Part shown: positions 1 to 8,450 of the stretch, piece after piece
How positions within the stretch are numbered: the stretch's first letter is position 1
Layout: each line of letters begins with the position of its first letter
Assembly (NCBI GenBank): GCA_963837695.1
Contig: CAWINZ010000005.1
Span: 220,155 to 284,154, forward strand
From: an uncultured Solirubrobacterales bacterium
Lineage (GTDB): Bacteria > Actinomycetota > Thermoleophilia > Solirubrobacterales > 70-9
Direction of reading: 5' to 3'
Length of the DNA: 64,000 nt
The notes under the pieces: model-generated
What the model saw: the letters and a program-made list of their open reading frames with translations, nothing else
Database searches by the model: none
What the model was told of the DNA's origin: nothing
Program-made: the position numbers and the translations under genes

Positions 1-1439
1 GTGGAGGCGCTGCTGACCCAGACGGCGCCGGCGCCGGCCGCGAGGCGCAGGGGGGCCACATGCGGGGCGATGCCGCGTTTGAAGATCCGCCCCCCGGCGC
101 CGTTGATCGCCGTCACCCCACCGCCCGCGTCGTCGGCGACCCAGACCCGGTTGCCGCCGGCAACGATCGCGCCGGGGCGGCCGCCGACCTTGACCCTGGC
201 GGCCACCCGGCGGGCGTCGGGGTCGACACGGAGCACCTCGCCCGTCCGCGGGCTCGAGACCCAGACCGAGCCGCCGCCGACGGCAACGCCAGAGACCCCC
301 GTGGGCATGCGTATCGACGGCCTCACCAAATCCAGAGTGTCGGGATCGAGCTGCTTGAGGTAACCGTCCCTGGCGCTCGTCACCCAGACTGAGTCCTTGC
401 CGACCGCGAGGCGCAGCGGCGGGTGAGCGACTTCGACCGGCGGCGAGACCGAGAGCGAGCTCCCAAAGAAGAGGAGATAGATGCCCGCGAGGAGCAGGGC
501 GAGCGAGCCGACGATGGCCGGCACGACAAACCAGGCCGCGAAGAGGCCGCCGTACCAGCGCCGACCCCGGCGCCAGCCACCCAGCTCGCCGTCGTCCTCC
601 GCGGCACCGAGTTGCAGCGTTTTCAGGTCGGAGCCTTCTGAGAGCACGGCGGTTGTGGCGGGGGTCGCATCCTGGCACTCTCGGGCGGCGTCGATCAGCT
701 CACCGGCAGTGGCGAAGCGGTCGGACGGGTCGGGCGCGACGGCGCGTTCGATCACCGCGTCGAGGCCGCGCGGCATCCGCGGCTCGGCCTCGCCGTCGCG
801 GCGGGCGAAGGGAGCGATCCCGGTGACGGCCTCGTAGAGCACACAGCCGAGCGAGTAGATGTCGGCGGCTGGCCCGACGCGCTCGGCGCGCCATTGCTCG
901 GGCGACATGTAATGGGCCGTACCGACGACCGAGGCGCTGCTCGCCGCGCCGCTCTCGCCGAGCGCCTTGGCGAGACCGAAGTCGCTCAGGTAAGCATGCT
1001 CGCCTTCGAGCAGGATGTTGTGCGGCTTGACGTCGCGATGGACGATCCCGGCCGCGTGGGCGGCATCGAGCGCGTCGGCGACCTGGCCGAGCAGCTCGAT
1101 CGCCTCGGCGGACGGCAGTGGCCCGTCGCGGTCGATCCGCCGGCGAAGGTCGCCCCCTTTGACGAGCCGCATCGCGACCAGCAGCTCCCCTTCCTCCTCG
1201 CGCGCGTCGTAGACCGGCACGACGTTCGGGTGATCGAGCTGCGCGGCGAGCTGGGACTCGCGGATGAAGCGCCGCCGGAATGCTGCACTGTCCGAGTACT
1301 GCCGCGCGATCACCTTCAGCGCGACCGGGCGGTCCAGTGCCAGGTGGGTCGCCCGGTAGACGACCCCCATCCCGCCCCGAGCGATCAGCGCGTCGAGGCG
1401 GTAACCGGCGAGGGTCGAGCCGAGGACAGGTTCTGCCAC
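1..1439 (-). CDS. Ser/Thr protein kinase, single-pass membrane, with extracellular beta-propeller-type repeats (3' end leaves the window)
   Basis: Own minus-strand translation from GTG at 1439. Kinase motifs HRDVKPHNILL, DFGLAK and YMSPEQ, then a TM helix (WFVVPAIVGSLALLLAGIYLLFF), then repeated G..VWV units. Absent from the ORF track because there is no stop inside the window. Confidence 0.85.
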   Translation of the reverse strand, partial: MAEPVLGSTLAGYRLDALIARGGMGVVYRATHLALDRPVALKVIARQYSDSAAFRRRFIRESQLAAQLDHPNVVPVYDAREEEGELLVAMRLVKGGDLRRRIDRDGPLPSAEAIELLGQVADALDAAHAAGIVHRDVKPHNILLEGEHAYLSDFGLAKALGESGAASSASVVGTAHYMSPEQWRAERVGPAADIYSLGCVLYEAVTGIAPFARRDGEAEPRMPRGLDAVIERAVAPDPSDRFATAGELIDAARECQDATPATTAVLSEGSDLKTLQLGAAEDDGELGGWRRGRRWYGGLFAAWFVVPAIVGSLALLLAGIYLLFFGSSLSVSPPVEVAHPPLRLAVGKDSVWVTSARDGYLKQLDPDTLDLVRPSIRMPTGVSGVAVGGGSVWVSSPRTGEVLRVDPDARRVAARVKVGGRPGAIVAGGNRVWVADDAGGGVTAINGAGGRIFKRGIAPHVAPLRLAAGAGAVWVSSAS

Positions 1440-1484
1440 CCGGCGGTTATACCCCGCCGGGTGGCGTCCCCTATCGGCGCCGTC

Positions 1485-2540
1485 CTAGCGGACCGGCTGC
1501 CATGCGATCACCGGACCGATGACAGTGCCGTCTTTTTCGGAGGCCTCGAAGCCTTCCGCGAGCTGGGTCTGACGGCGGCCGGCGACGTCGACCGCGACCA
1601 GCGACTGCTGGTCTTCGACCCCGACGAAGGCGGCAACCTTGCGCCCGTCGGAGGAGAAGACGCCGTTGGTCTTCGAGCCGTCCGGCAGCTGGGCGAGCTT
1701 GCGGGCCCTGCCCCGGCCGATCCGCTTCGACCAGAGTCCCTGGTCGCGGCGGAAGAGCAGCAGCTTCCCGTTCGGCGTCACATCTTCGACGAAGGCAGAG
1801 CCGGCGCCGCGGATCAGCGGCCGCACCCTGTTGCCGTTGGCGAGCATCGTGTAGACGTCGGCGTATGCGCCAGGCCCGGTGCCACTCAGCCCGCGGCTGA
1901 AGACGATGCCCTCGTCGTCAGCGAAATAGCGCGGCGCGAACTCGTCGATGCCGGGCGTATGAGTGAGGCGCCTCAGCTTGATCCCGGTCGGGCGAACCGA
2001 GAAGAGATCGTCGGCAGCACCTCCGCCCGCGGCGGCGACGCTGCGCACAAAGGCGATCATGCAGCCGTCGGGCGAGAACGTCGCTTCGTGCTCGTCCGCC
2101 CCAGAGGAGACCAGCGCGTGCGCTTCGCCGCCCCCGACGCGGACCGTGTAGAGGTCGCGCGGCGCACCAGCAGTCGCCCGTCGCTCGAAGACGACGTAGC
2201 GCCCGTTGGGCGAGACGCGCGGGCGCCCGTCGATCTCGGGGCCGCTGGTCAGGAGGTGCTGGCCCGAGCCGTCGGCCCGCGTCGCCCAGATGTCACCGCC
2301 ACGGACGAAGGCGATGGTTCGCCCATCCGAGGAGAAGTCTGGTTCGGCGTCGGTGGGACCTTCGGTCAGCTGGTTGAGGTGTCCGTCGCGGACCGCGTAG
2401 AGGCCGCCCTTGGCAACGCCTTCGACGGTCGACGATTTGGAGAAGACGACGGCTCCGGTCCTTGGCGCCGCGCTCGCGCTCGCCGGGATGGCGAGGCTGA
2501 GCAGGGCGAGGGCTGAGATGAGCATTGATCGGTGGCGCAT
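1485..2540 (-). CDS. TolB-like / PD40 (WD40-like) beta-propeller repeat protein, secreted
   Basis: ORF 1485..2663 trimmed to MRHRSMLISALALLSLAIPASASA (signal peptide). Repeated SSDGRTIAFVR / SPNGRYVVFER / SPDGCMIAFVR PD40 units. Confidence 0.7.
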   Translation of the reverse strand: MRHRSMLISALALLSLAIPASASAAPRTGAVVFSKSSTVEGVAKGGLYAVRDGHLNQLTEGPTDAEPDFSSDGRTIAFVRGGDIWATRADGSGQHLLTSGPEIDGRPRVSPNGRYVVFERRATAGAPRDLYTVRVGGGEAHALVSSGADEHEATFSPDGCMIAFVRSVAAAGGGAADDLFSVRPTGIKLRRLTHTPGIDEFAPRYFADDEGIVFSRGLSGTGPGAYADVYTMLANGNRVRPLIRGAGSAFVEDVTPNGKLLLFRRDQGLWSKRIGRGRARKLAQLPDGSKTNGVFSSDGRKVAAFVGVEDQQSLVAVDVAGRRQTQLAEGFEASEKDGTVIGPVIAWQPVR

Positions 2541-2647
2541 GGCAATTCCTTTCGTTGATGGAACCTGCGCCATCGATGCTGGGCGAGCGAAGCGAGCCCG
2601 CCAACGACAACCGCGACGCGCACCGGGCCACGTCTGGCCCGGTGCGG

Positions 2648-2700
2648 GCCATCCGACCTGCATCGAACCCCTATTTGGGGCTCGATGCAGGTCGGATGGC
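2648..2700. terminator. 24-bp-stem palindrome (one mismatch, loop tattt) directly after the FHA gene stop; member of a repeat family with 57135..57183
   Basis: gccatccgacctgcatcgaacccc / tattt / ggggctcgatgcaggtcggatggc read directly. Shares the core cctgcatcgaacccctatttgggg.tcgatgcagg with the second copy. Confidence 0.5.
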
Positions 2701-3297
2701 TCAGCGGGGGCGGTCGAGGCCGAGCTCTATGACGCGCGCCGCTATCAGCCGGGGGCGCTCGCGGCCGGCGTCGCCGGGCACGTCGAGCTTGGCGGCGAGC
2801 GCGTCGAGGCGCCGCTGGGCGGTGCGCTCGCTGACGTGGAGCGCCTCGGCGAGCTCGGCCCGGGTGGCGGGACGGCCGGCGAAGGCCCCCTCGCTGCGGT
2901 AGGGGGCGACGAGCGCCGACGCGGTCGCCCGCTCCTCCTCATTGAGCGCCACCGAGGGCTCACTCGCGGCGACGGTCGCCCCGGCCCTGCCGGGGACCGG
3001 ATCCGAGACCTCCAGTCGGTAATCGCCCACGGTCAGAACGTCGCCGTCGCGCAGGCGACGGGGGCGATCGAGTGGCTGGCCGTTCAGCGCCGTGCCGTTA
3101 CGGCTGTCGATATCGGTGGCCATCAGGACGCCGCCACGGCTCTCGATCTCGAGGTGATGCCAGGAGACGGCCTCGTCGTCGATGCAGACGTCAGCCTCGG
3201 GATCGCGCCCGACCGTCGTCCTCTCCCCCAACGCGACCGAACGTGGCTCCGCGCCCTTTCCCGTCAACCAGATCCGCGCGTCCATGCGCGCGAGCAT
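2701..3297 (-). CDS. FHA domain protein with C-terminal helix-turn-helix
   Basis: ORF 2701..3801 trimmed to MLARMDARIW, because the upstream part is antisense to rpiA. FHA-like TVGRD...NGT.LNG...L.DGDVL.VG; C-terminal ATRAELAEALHVSERTAQRRL. Confidence 0.75.
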   Translation of the reverse strand: MLARMDARIWLTGKGAEPRSVALGERTTVGRDPEADVCIDDEAVSWHHLEIESRGGVLMATDIDSRNGTALNGQPLDRPRRLRDGDVLTVGDYRLEVSDPVPGRAGATVAASEPSVALNEEERATASALVAPYRSEGAFAGRPATRAELAEALHVSERTAQRRLDALAAKLDVPGDAGRERPRLIAARVIELGLDRPR

Positions 3298-3310
3298 AAA
3301 GTCCCGGTCC

Positions 3311-3958
3311 GTGGGAGCTGACGACGAGAAGCGGATCGCCGCCGAGGCCGCGGCTTTGCTGGTCGAGGACGGGATGACGATCGGCCTCGGCACCGGCTCG
3401 ACCGTCGCCCACCTGCTGCCGGCGCTCGCGCGCCGCGGGCTGAGCGGGATCCGCTGCGTCGCCACTTCGGTCGCCACCGAACAGCAGGCACGCTCGCTGG
3501 GCGTCCCGGTCGAGGAGTTCAGCGAGCTGGAGCGGCTCGACATCGCGATCGACGGCACCGACCAGGTCACCCCCGACGGCTGGCTGATCAAGGGCGGCGG
3601 CGCCGCCCACCAGCGCGAGAAGATCGTCGCCGCGGCGGCCGAGCGCTTCGTCGTCATCGCCGACTCGAGCAAGCCGGTCGACTCGCTCAGCGCCCCGGTG
3701 CCGCTCGAGCTGCTGGCTTTCGGCCTGCGCTCGACCCTCGCCCGGCTCGGCCCCGAGGTCGAGCTGCGCGACGTTCCGCGCAGCCCCGATGGCGGCGTCA
3801 TCGCCGACTACCGCGGTGAGATCGGCGACCCGGCGGCCCTCGCCGCCCGCCTCGACGCCGACCCGGGAATCTCCTCGCACGGCCTCTTCCCCCCCGATAT
3901 GGTGAGCGAGGTTCTGGTGGGGGCAGGCGATGCCGTGAACCGCTTGACGTTGAATTGA
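3311..3958 (+). CDS. rpiA: ribose-5-phosphate isomerase A
   Basis: GLGTGSTV, DGTDQV and KGGGAAHQREK motifs. GTG at 3311 chosen; ATG at 3284 is an alternative. Confidence 0.8.
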   Translation: MGADDEKRIAAEAAALLVEDGMTIGLGTGSTVAHLLPALARRGLSGIRCVATSVATEQQARSLGVPVEEFSELERLDIAIDGTDQVTPDGWLIKGGGAAHQREKIVAAAAERFVVIADSSKPVDSLSAPVPLELLAFGLRSTLARLGPEVELRDVPRSPDGGVIADYRGEIGDPAALAARLDADPGISSHGLFPPDMVSEVLVGAGDAVNRLTLN

Positions 3959-3988
3959 TCCTTCGCTGACTTTTCAAGGAGACCCCAC

Positions 3989-5353
3989 ATGACCGACTTC
4001 ACCGGGCTGGCCGTAGCCGGCCGGATCGCCACCCCCGAGGACTCCGACTGGGACCAGGCGCGGCTTGCCTGGAACCTGGTCGCCGACCAACAACCGGCTG
4101 CCGTCGTCTTCGCCGAGAACGCCGACGACGTCGCCGCCACCGTCGGCTTCGCCGCCGCGAACGACCTCAAGGTCGCCGCCCAAGGCACCGGCCACGGCGC
4201 CGCGCCGCTGGCGCCGCTCGACGACACGATCCTGCTCAAGACCGAGCGGATGCGCGGGATCGCGGTCGACCCCGACGCCGGCACGGCGCGGGTCGAAGCG
4301 GGCGTGCTCTCCCTGGAGCTCGCCGAGGCGGCGGGCGAGCACGGGATGTGCTCGCTGCCCGGCTCCTCGCCGGACGTCGGCGTCACCGGCTACACGCTCG
4401 GCGGCGGCCTGAGCTGGCTCGGCCGGCGCTACGGCTTCGCCTGCAATCGCGTCGCCGCGATCGAGCTGGTCACCGTCGAGGGCGAGCCCCGCACCGTCGA
4501 CGCCGACAACGACCCGGACCTCTTCTGGGCGATGCGCGGCGGCGGGGGCGGTTACGCCGTCGTCACCGCCCTGCGCGTCAACCTGCTGCCGATCGACGAG
4601 ATCTACGCGGGCGCGCTGATCTTCCCCGCCGAGGTCGGCGCCGAGGCCGTGCGCGCCTACCGCGACTGGGCGGCCGGCGTTCCCGACGAGGTCACCTCGG
4701 TCATCCGCTTCATAACCCCGCCGCCGATCCCCGACGTGCCGGAGCCGATCCGGGGCAGGCCGCTGTTGACGATCGACGGGGCCTGCATCGGCACCCAGGC
4801 CGAAGGCGAAGCCAGGTTCGCGCCGCTGCGCGAGATCGGCGAGGCGATCATGGACACCTTCGCCTGGATGCCCGCCGCCGGGCTGTGCCGGATCCACATG
4901 GACCCGGAGAACCCGGTGCCGGGGATCGGCGAAGGAGGGACGATTCGCGACCTGCCGGACGAGGCGATCGACGCCTTCGTCTCGGTCGCCGGGCCGGGCT
5001 CGGGCTCGCCGCTGCTACTCACCGAGCTGCGCCACCTCGGCGGCGCGCTGGGCCGCGCGGACGAGAACGGCGGCGCCCTCTCGCACCTCGACGCCGGCTT
5101 TGCCGTGTACAGCGTCGGCATGCCGATGACGCCCGAGCTGGGCGAGGCGATCCCGGCCCACCTGGCCAGAATCGGGGAGACGATGCGCCCCTGGCGGGCC
5201 GACGGTGGCTACTTCAACTTCACCGAAAGCCCCTGCGACGTCGACGCGATCCTGCCCCCCGACGTCTGCACCCGCCTCGGCGAGGTCAAGCGCAAGTGGG
5301 ACCCCGAGGGACGAGTGGTCGCCAACCACGCCGTCTCCCTGGGCGAGGTCTGA
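3989..5353 (+). CDS. FAD-binding (PCMH-type / BBE-like) oxidoreductase
   Basis: 454-aa ORF with VAAQGTGHG, GVTGYTLGGGLSWLGRRYG and LFWAMRGGGGGYAVV, typical of FAD-linked oxidases. Confidence 0.85.
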   Translation: MTDFTGLAVAGRIATPEDSDWDQARLAWNLVADQQPAAVVFAENADDVAATVGFAAANDLKVAAQGTGHGAAPLAPLDDTILLKTERMRGIAVDPDAGTARVEAGVLSLELAEAAGEHGMCSLPGSSPDVGVTGYTLGGGLSWLGRRYGFACNRVAAIELVTVEGEPRTVDADNDPDLFWAMRGGGGGYAVVTALRVNLLPIDEIYAGALIFPAEVGAEAVRAYRDWAAGVPDEVTSVIRFITPPPIPDVPEPIRGRPLLTIDGACIGTQAEGEARFAPLREIGEAIMDTFAWMPAAGLCRIHMDPENPVPGIGEGGTIRDLPDEAIDAFVSVAGPGSGSPLLLTELRHLGGALGRADENGGALSHLDAGFAVYSVGMPMTPELGEAIPAHLARIGETMRPWRADGGYFNFTESPCDVDAILPPDVCTRLGEVKRKWDPEGRVVANHAVSLGEV

Positions 5354-5375
5354 ATCCGGGTCGATCATTCGGCTG

Positions 5376-5399
5376 ATAGTGGTACCATTTACCCACTAT
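5376..5399. promoter_or_regulatory. 7-bp inverted repeat (atagtgg N10 ccactat) overlapping the start codon of the 5398 gene; possible operator
   Basis: Read directly in an AT-richer intergenic patch. No known consensus matched. Confidence 0.25.
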
Positions 5400-5898
5400 G
5401 GCTTTTGTCGTGCCAACCAAGCCGGGTCGTTATGAGATCCGGGAATCGGCGCAAACGCCCAAAGGGCCCCGCAGCCGCACGCTCGCCTCGTTCCGCGAAC
5501 TCGACAGCGGCGTAATCGAGGCGGCGCGGGCGAAGGCCGCCAAGGCGATCGACGCCGCCGAGCTGCGCAAGGCCGCGCGGCGGGCGGGCGCACCGGTGGC
5601 TCGACCGCCGGTCGATCGGGCCGCCCGCGAGTTGATTGCCGAGCTGGGCAAAGGTCGCACTCCGAGCCCGACATTGCGCCGCATGCTGCTCGACCTCCTA
5701 CGGGATGGTGGGCGGGACGACGCCCGGCAATCGCCCACGCAGGAGGCTGAGCATGGGGTCGCCGAATGGGTGGCGGCCTCGCTGGAGGAGCGCGGCAAGG
5801 CGCTTGTGGATCTTCTTCTGCTTGCGGATGCCCTCCCGCATGGCGGGCGCAGAGGCAAACCACTGCACTTTCCCCGGCTGAATTCGAGACGACGATGA
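5398..5898 (+). CDS. hypothetical protein, first gene of a translationally coupled pair
   Basis: 166-aa ORF. Its stop overlaps the next start as ATGA (5895-5898). No recognisable motif. Confidence 0.55.
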   Translation: MAFVVPTKPGRYEIRESAQTPKGPRSRTLASFRELDSGVIEAARAKAAKAIDAAELRKAARRAGAPVARPPVDRAARELIAELGKGRTPSPTLRRMLLDLLRDGGRDDARQSPTQEAEHGVAEWVAASLEERGKALVDLLLLADALPHGGRRGKPLHFPRLNSRRR

Positions 5899-6476
5899 GT
5901 GACTCGAAGCCAAGAACCGCAAACAGCGAAGAGCCGCCGCTGCCCGACAAGGTGATCGCGATCCACGAGGCGCTGCGGGGGTCGAAGGTCCCGCACGCGA
6001 TCGGCGGAGCGCTCGCACTCGCCTACTACGCGACCCCCCGCGCAACGATCGACATCGACGTCAACGTGTTCGTCCCGGCCAAGGTCTGGCGGGATGTCAT
6101 CGACGCCCTCGGCCCGTTGGGCGTAATGACCGAGGATCTCGACTCGGCCGCCTTGGAGCGCGACGGTCAGTGTCGCCTCTGGTGGGGGGACAACCCCATC
6201 GACCTCTTCTTCGCCTATGACCCGATCCACGCAGAGATGCGCAAGGAAGCGCGACGAGTGCCCTTTGGCGGGGTCACGATTCCGATCCTCGCCCCCGAGC
6301 ATCTCGCGGTCTGCAAGGCGATGTTCGACCGTCGCAAGGACTGGCTGGACATCGAGCAGATGCTGATCGCCGATGAGGAACTCGATGTGGATGTCGTGGA
6401 AGGGTGGCTCGAGCGCATGGTGGGCAAGCAGGACCCGCGAATGCAGCCCCTCGCTGAGCTCAAGGCCCGGGCCTGA
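5895..6476 (+). CDS. minimal nucleotidyltransferase-fold protein (AbiEii/MNT-like signature)
   Basis: ORF 5766..6476 trimmed to MSDSKP at 5895. IGGALALAYYATPRATIDIDVNV fits the G[GS]-x(9-13)-DxD NTase motif. Confidence 0.6.
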   Translation: MSDSKPRTANSEEPPLPDKVIAIHEALRGSKVPHAIGGALALAYYATPRATIDIDVNVFVPAKVWRDVIDALGPLGVMTEDLDSAALERDGQCRLWWGDNPIDLFFAYDPIHAEMRKEARRVPFGGVTIPILAPEHLAVCKAMFDRRKDWLDIEQMLIADEELDVDVVEGWLERMVGKQDPRMQPLAELKARA

Positions 6477-6625
6477 CTCAGGGCTCGATCACGTTGTTCG
6501 GGTCGGGCTTGTCCTCCGGGCTGACCTGGCTGTGGTCGCCGAAGTGATCGTGGCGACGCCACCGGCCACGCCGTACAGGAGGGTCTCGAAATCGCCCGGG
6601 CCCGCATCCGCGGCCGGGCCCGCGC

Positions 6626-7306
6626 TCATCCCGCCGGTCTCCCGGCGGCGGCCTCGTCGCAGACGAGCAGCATCTTGTCGTTCTCGACCCGGCCGGCGGG
6701 GATCGAGGTGTCGCCGGCGAGCAGCTTGGCGAGCGGTTCGCGTGCTGCCTCGCCGAGGACGAGCCAGAGGATCCGGCGGGCCGCGGTGAGCGCCGGGTGG
6801 GTCAGCGTCATACGAAGGTGGCCCTGGTAGGGGGCGCCGGTCATCGCGACGCGGCGGTCGTCGACTTCGAGCACCGAATCGCCGGGGACGAGCGAGGCGG
6901 TGTGCCCGTCGGGGCCAAGGCCGAGGTGGACGAGGTCGAGCCGCTCCGGGACATGCACTTCGTACTCGGCGGCCGAGAGTTCGAGGTCGCGGCTGGTCAC
7001 CGGCATCGGCCGCAGCGCCGCCTGGTGGTCGATTGAGAGCATCTGCACCAGGTGGGTGAGGTTGCGCGTATCGTCGCCGGGCGGCGCGACGCGCTCGTCG
7101 ACCTGGAAGATGTGGGTCTCCCCCCAGGGCATCTCCGCCATTTCGCCGAGCAGCCCGATCATCGCCCAGGGCGTCTTGCCGCCGCTCAGAGCCAACTCGA
7201 ACTGGCCGCGCGCCTCAACCGCGTCCTGCCCCGCGGCGGCAACGGCTTCGGCCGCGCAGCGCGAGGCGGCGTCGGCATCCGGAAGGATTTTTATCTCGAT
7301 AGCCAT
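6626..7306 (-). CDS. pgl: 6-phosphogluconolactonase
   Basis: LSGGKTP, FQVDERV and LGLGPDGHTASL motifs. Confidence 0.85.
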   Translation of the reverse strand: MAIEIKILPDADAASRCAAEAVAAAGQDAVEARGQFELALSGGKTPWAMIGLLGEMAEMPWGETHIFQVDERVAPPGDDTRNLTHLVQMLSIDHQAALRPMPVTSRDLELSAAEYEVHVPERLDLVHLGLGPDGHTASLVPGDSVLEVDDRRVAMTGAPYQGHLRMTLTHPALTAARRILWLVLGEAAREPLAKLLAGDTSIPAGRVENDKMLLVCDEAAAGRPAG

Positions 7307-7333
7307 GTCTACCCGATCGAAGGAGCTAGTGCA

Positions 7334-8350
7334 CTAGGAAGCCTTCTCGTCGTGGCCGCCGAACTGTTTGCGCATCGCGGAGAGCACTTTGTCGCCGAAG
7401 TCGTCGAGCCCGCGCGAGAAGAAACGCTCGTAGAGCGCCGCGGTCAGCACCGGTGCCGGCACGCCCTCGTCGATCGCCGCGATCGAGGTCCAGCGGCCCT
7501 CGCCGGAATCGGAGACGCGGCCGGCGAAGTCGGAGAGGTCGGGGGATTCCTGCATCGATGCCGCGGTCAGGTCGAGCAGCCAGGAGCCGATCACGCTGCC
7601 GCGGCGCCAGACCTCGGAGACCTCGGGCAGGTCGAGGTCGTACTGGTAGTACTCGGGCTGCTCCATCGGCGCCGTCTCCGCGTCGGCCTCACGCTGCACC
7701 TTGCCGGCGTTGGCGTTTTTGAGGATGTTGAGCCCCTCGGCGTAGGCGGCCATGATCCCGTACTCGATCCCGTTGTGGACCATCTTCACGAAGTGCCCGG
7801 CGCCGTTCGGGCCGCAGTGCAGGTAACCGTTCTCGGCGGGTGAGACGTCGCCGCTGCGCCCCGGAGTGCGCTCCGCCGACTCCACGCCCGGGGCGAGGCT
7901 GGCGAAGATCGGGTCGAGCCGCTCGACCGCTCCATCGGGCCCGCCGATCATCAGGCAGTAGCCGCGCTCGAGGCCGAAGACGCCGCCGCTGGTGCCGCAA
8001 TCGACGAAGTCGAGCCCTTTTTCGCGCAGCATCTCGGCGCGGCGGATGTCGTCGCGGTAGTAGGAGTTGCCGCCGTCGACGATCGCATCGCCCGGCTCGA
8101 GCACGGCGGCGGCGTCCTCGACCGTCTTCTCGGTGATCTCGCCCGAGGGGACCATCACCCAGACGGCCCGCGGCGCGCTCAGCTTCGCGGCCAGTTCCTG
8201 CAGCGAGGCGGCGCCGTCGGCGCCCTCGCCGGCCAGCGCGGAGACCGCGTCGGCGTTGACGTCGTAGGCGACGATCCGATGACCGTCGCGCATCAGGCGG
8301 CGGGCCATGTTCGCCCCCATCCGGCCGAGTCCGACGATTCCCAACTCCAT
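7334..8350 (-). CDS. gnd: 6-phosphogluconate dehydrogenase (decarboxylating, short form)
   Basis: ORF trimmed to MELGIVGLGRMGANMARRL (Rossmann GxGxxG). Also GNSYY, CGTSGG and GAGHFVKMVHNGIEYG. Confidence 0.85.
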   Translation of the reverse strand: MELGIVGLGRMGANMARRLMRDGHRIVAYDVNADAVSALAGEGADGAASLQELAAKLSAPRAVWVMVPSGEITEKTVEDAAAVLEPGDAIVDGGNSYYRDDIRRAEMLREKGLDFVDCGTSGGVFGLERGYCLMIGGPDGAVERLDPIFASLAPGVESAERTPGRSGDVSPAENGYLHCGPNGAGHFVKMVHNGIEYGIMAAYAEGLNILKNANAGKVQREADAETAPMEQPEYYQYDLDLPEVSEVWRRGSVIGSWLLDLTAASMQESPDLSDFAGRVSDSGEGRWTSIAAIDEGVPAPVLTAALYERFFSRGLDDFGDKVLSAMRKQFGGHDEKAS

Positions 8351-8450
8351 CAGCAGCTCCTCCCATCTTCGCTCAGCGCTTGCTCGTCGGCCTACCCTAT
8401 GCGACTCAAGCGGTGCCCCTCGACTATCGACTTGGATAGCCTGGCGAGCG

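Noticed and set aside
894-2516. 540-aa plus-strand ORF
   Set aside because: It is antisense to the kinase and TolB-like genes, Arg/Asp/Gly/Val-rich and without motifs. This is a typical shadow ORF of very GC-rich DNA.
2701-3801. Full 366-aa extent of the FHA ORF
   Set aside because: The N-terminal 170 aa are low-complexity and antisense to rpiA. The ORF was trimmed to MLARMDARIW.
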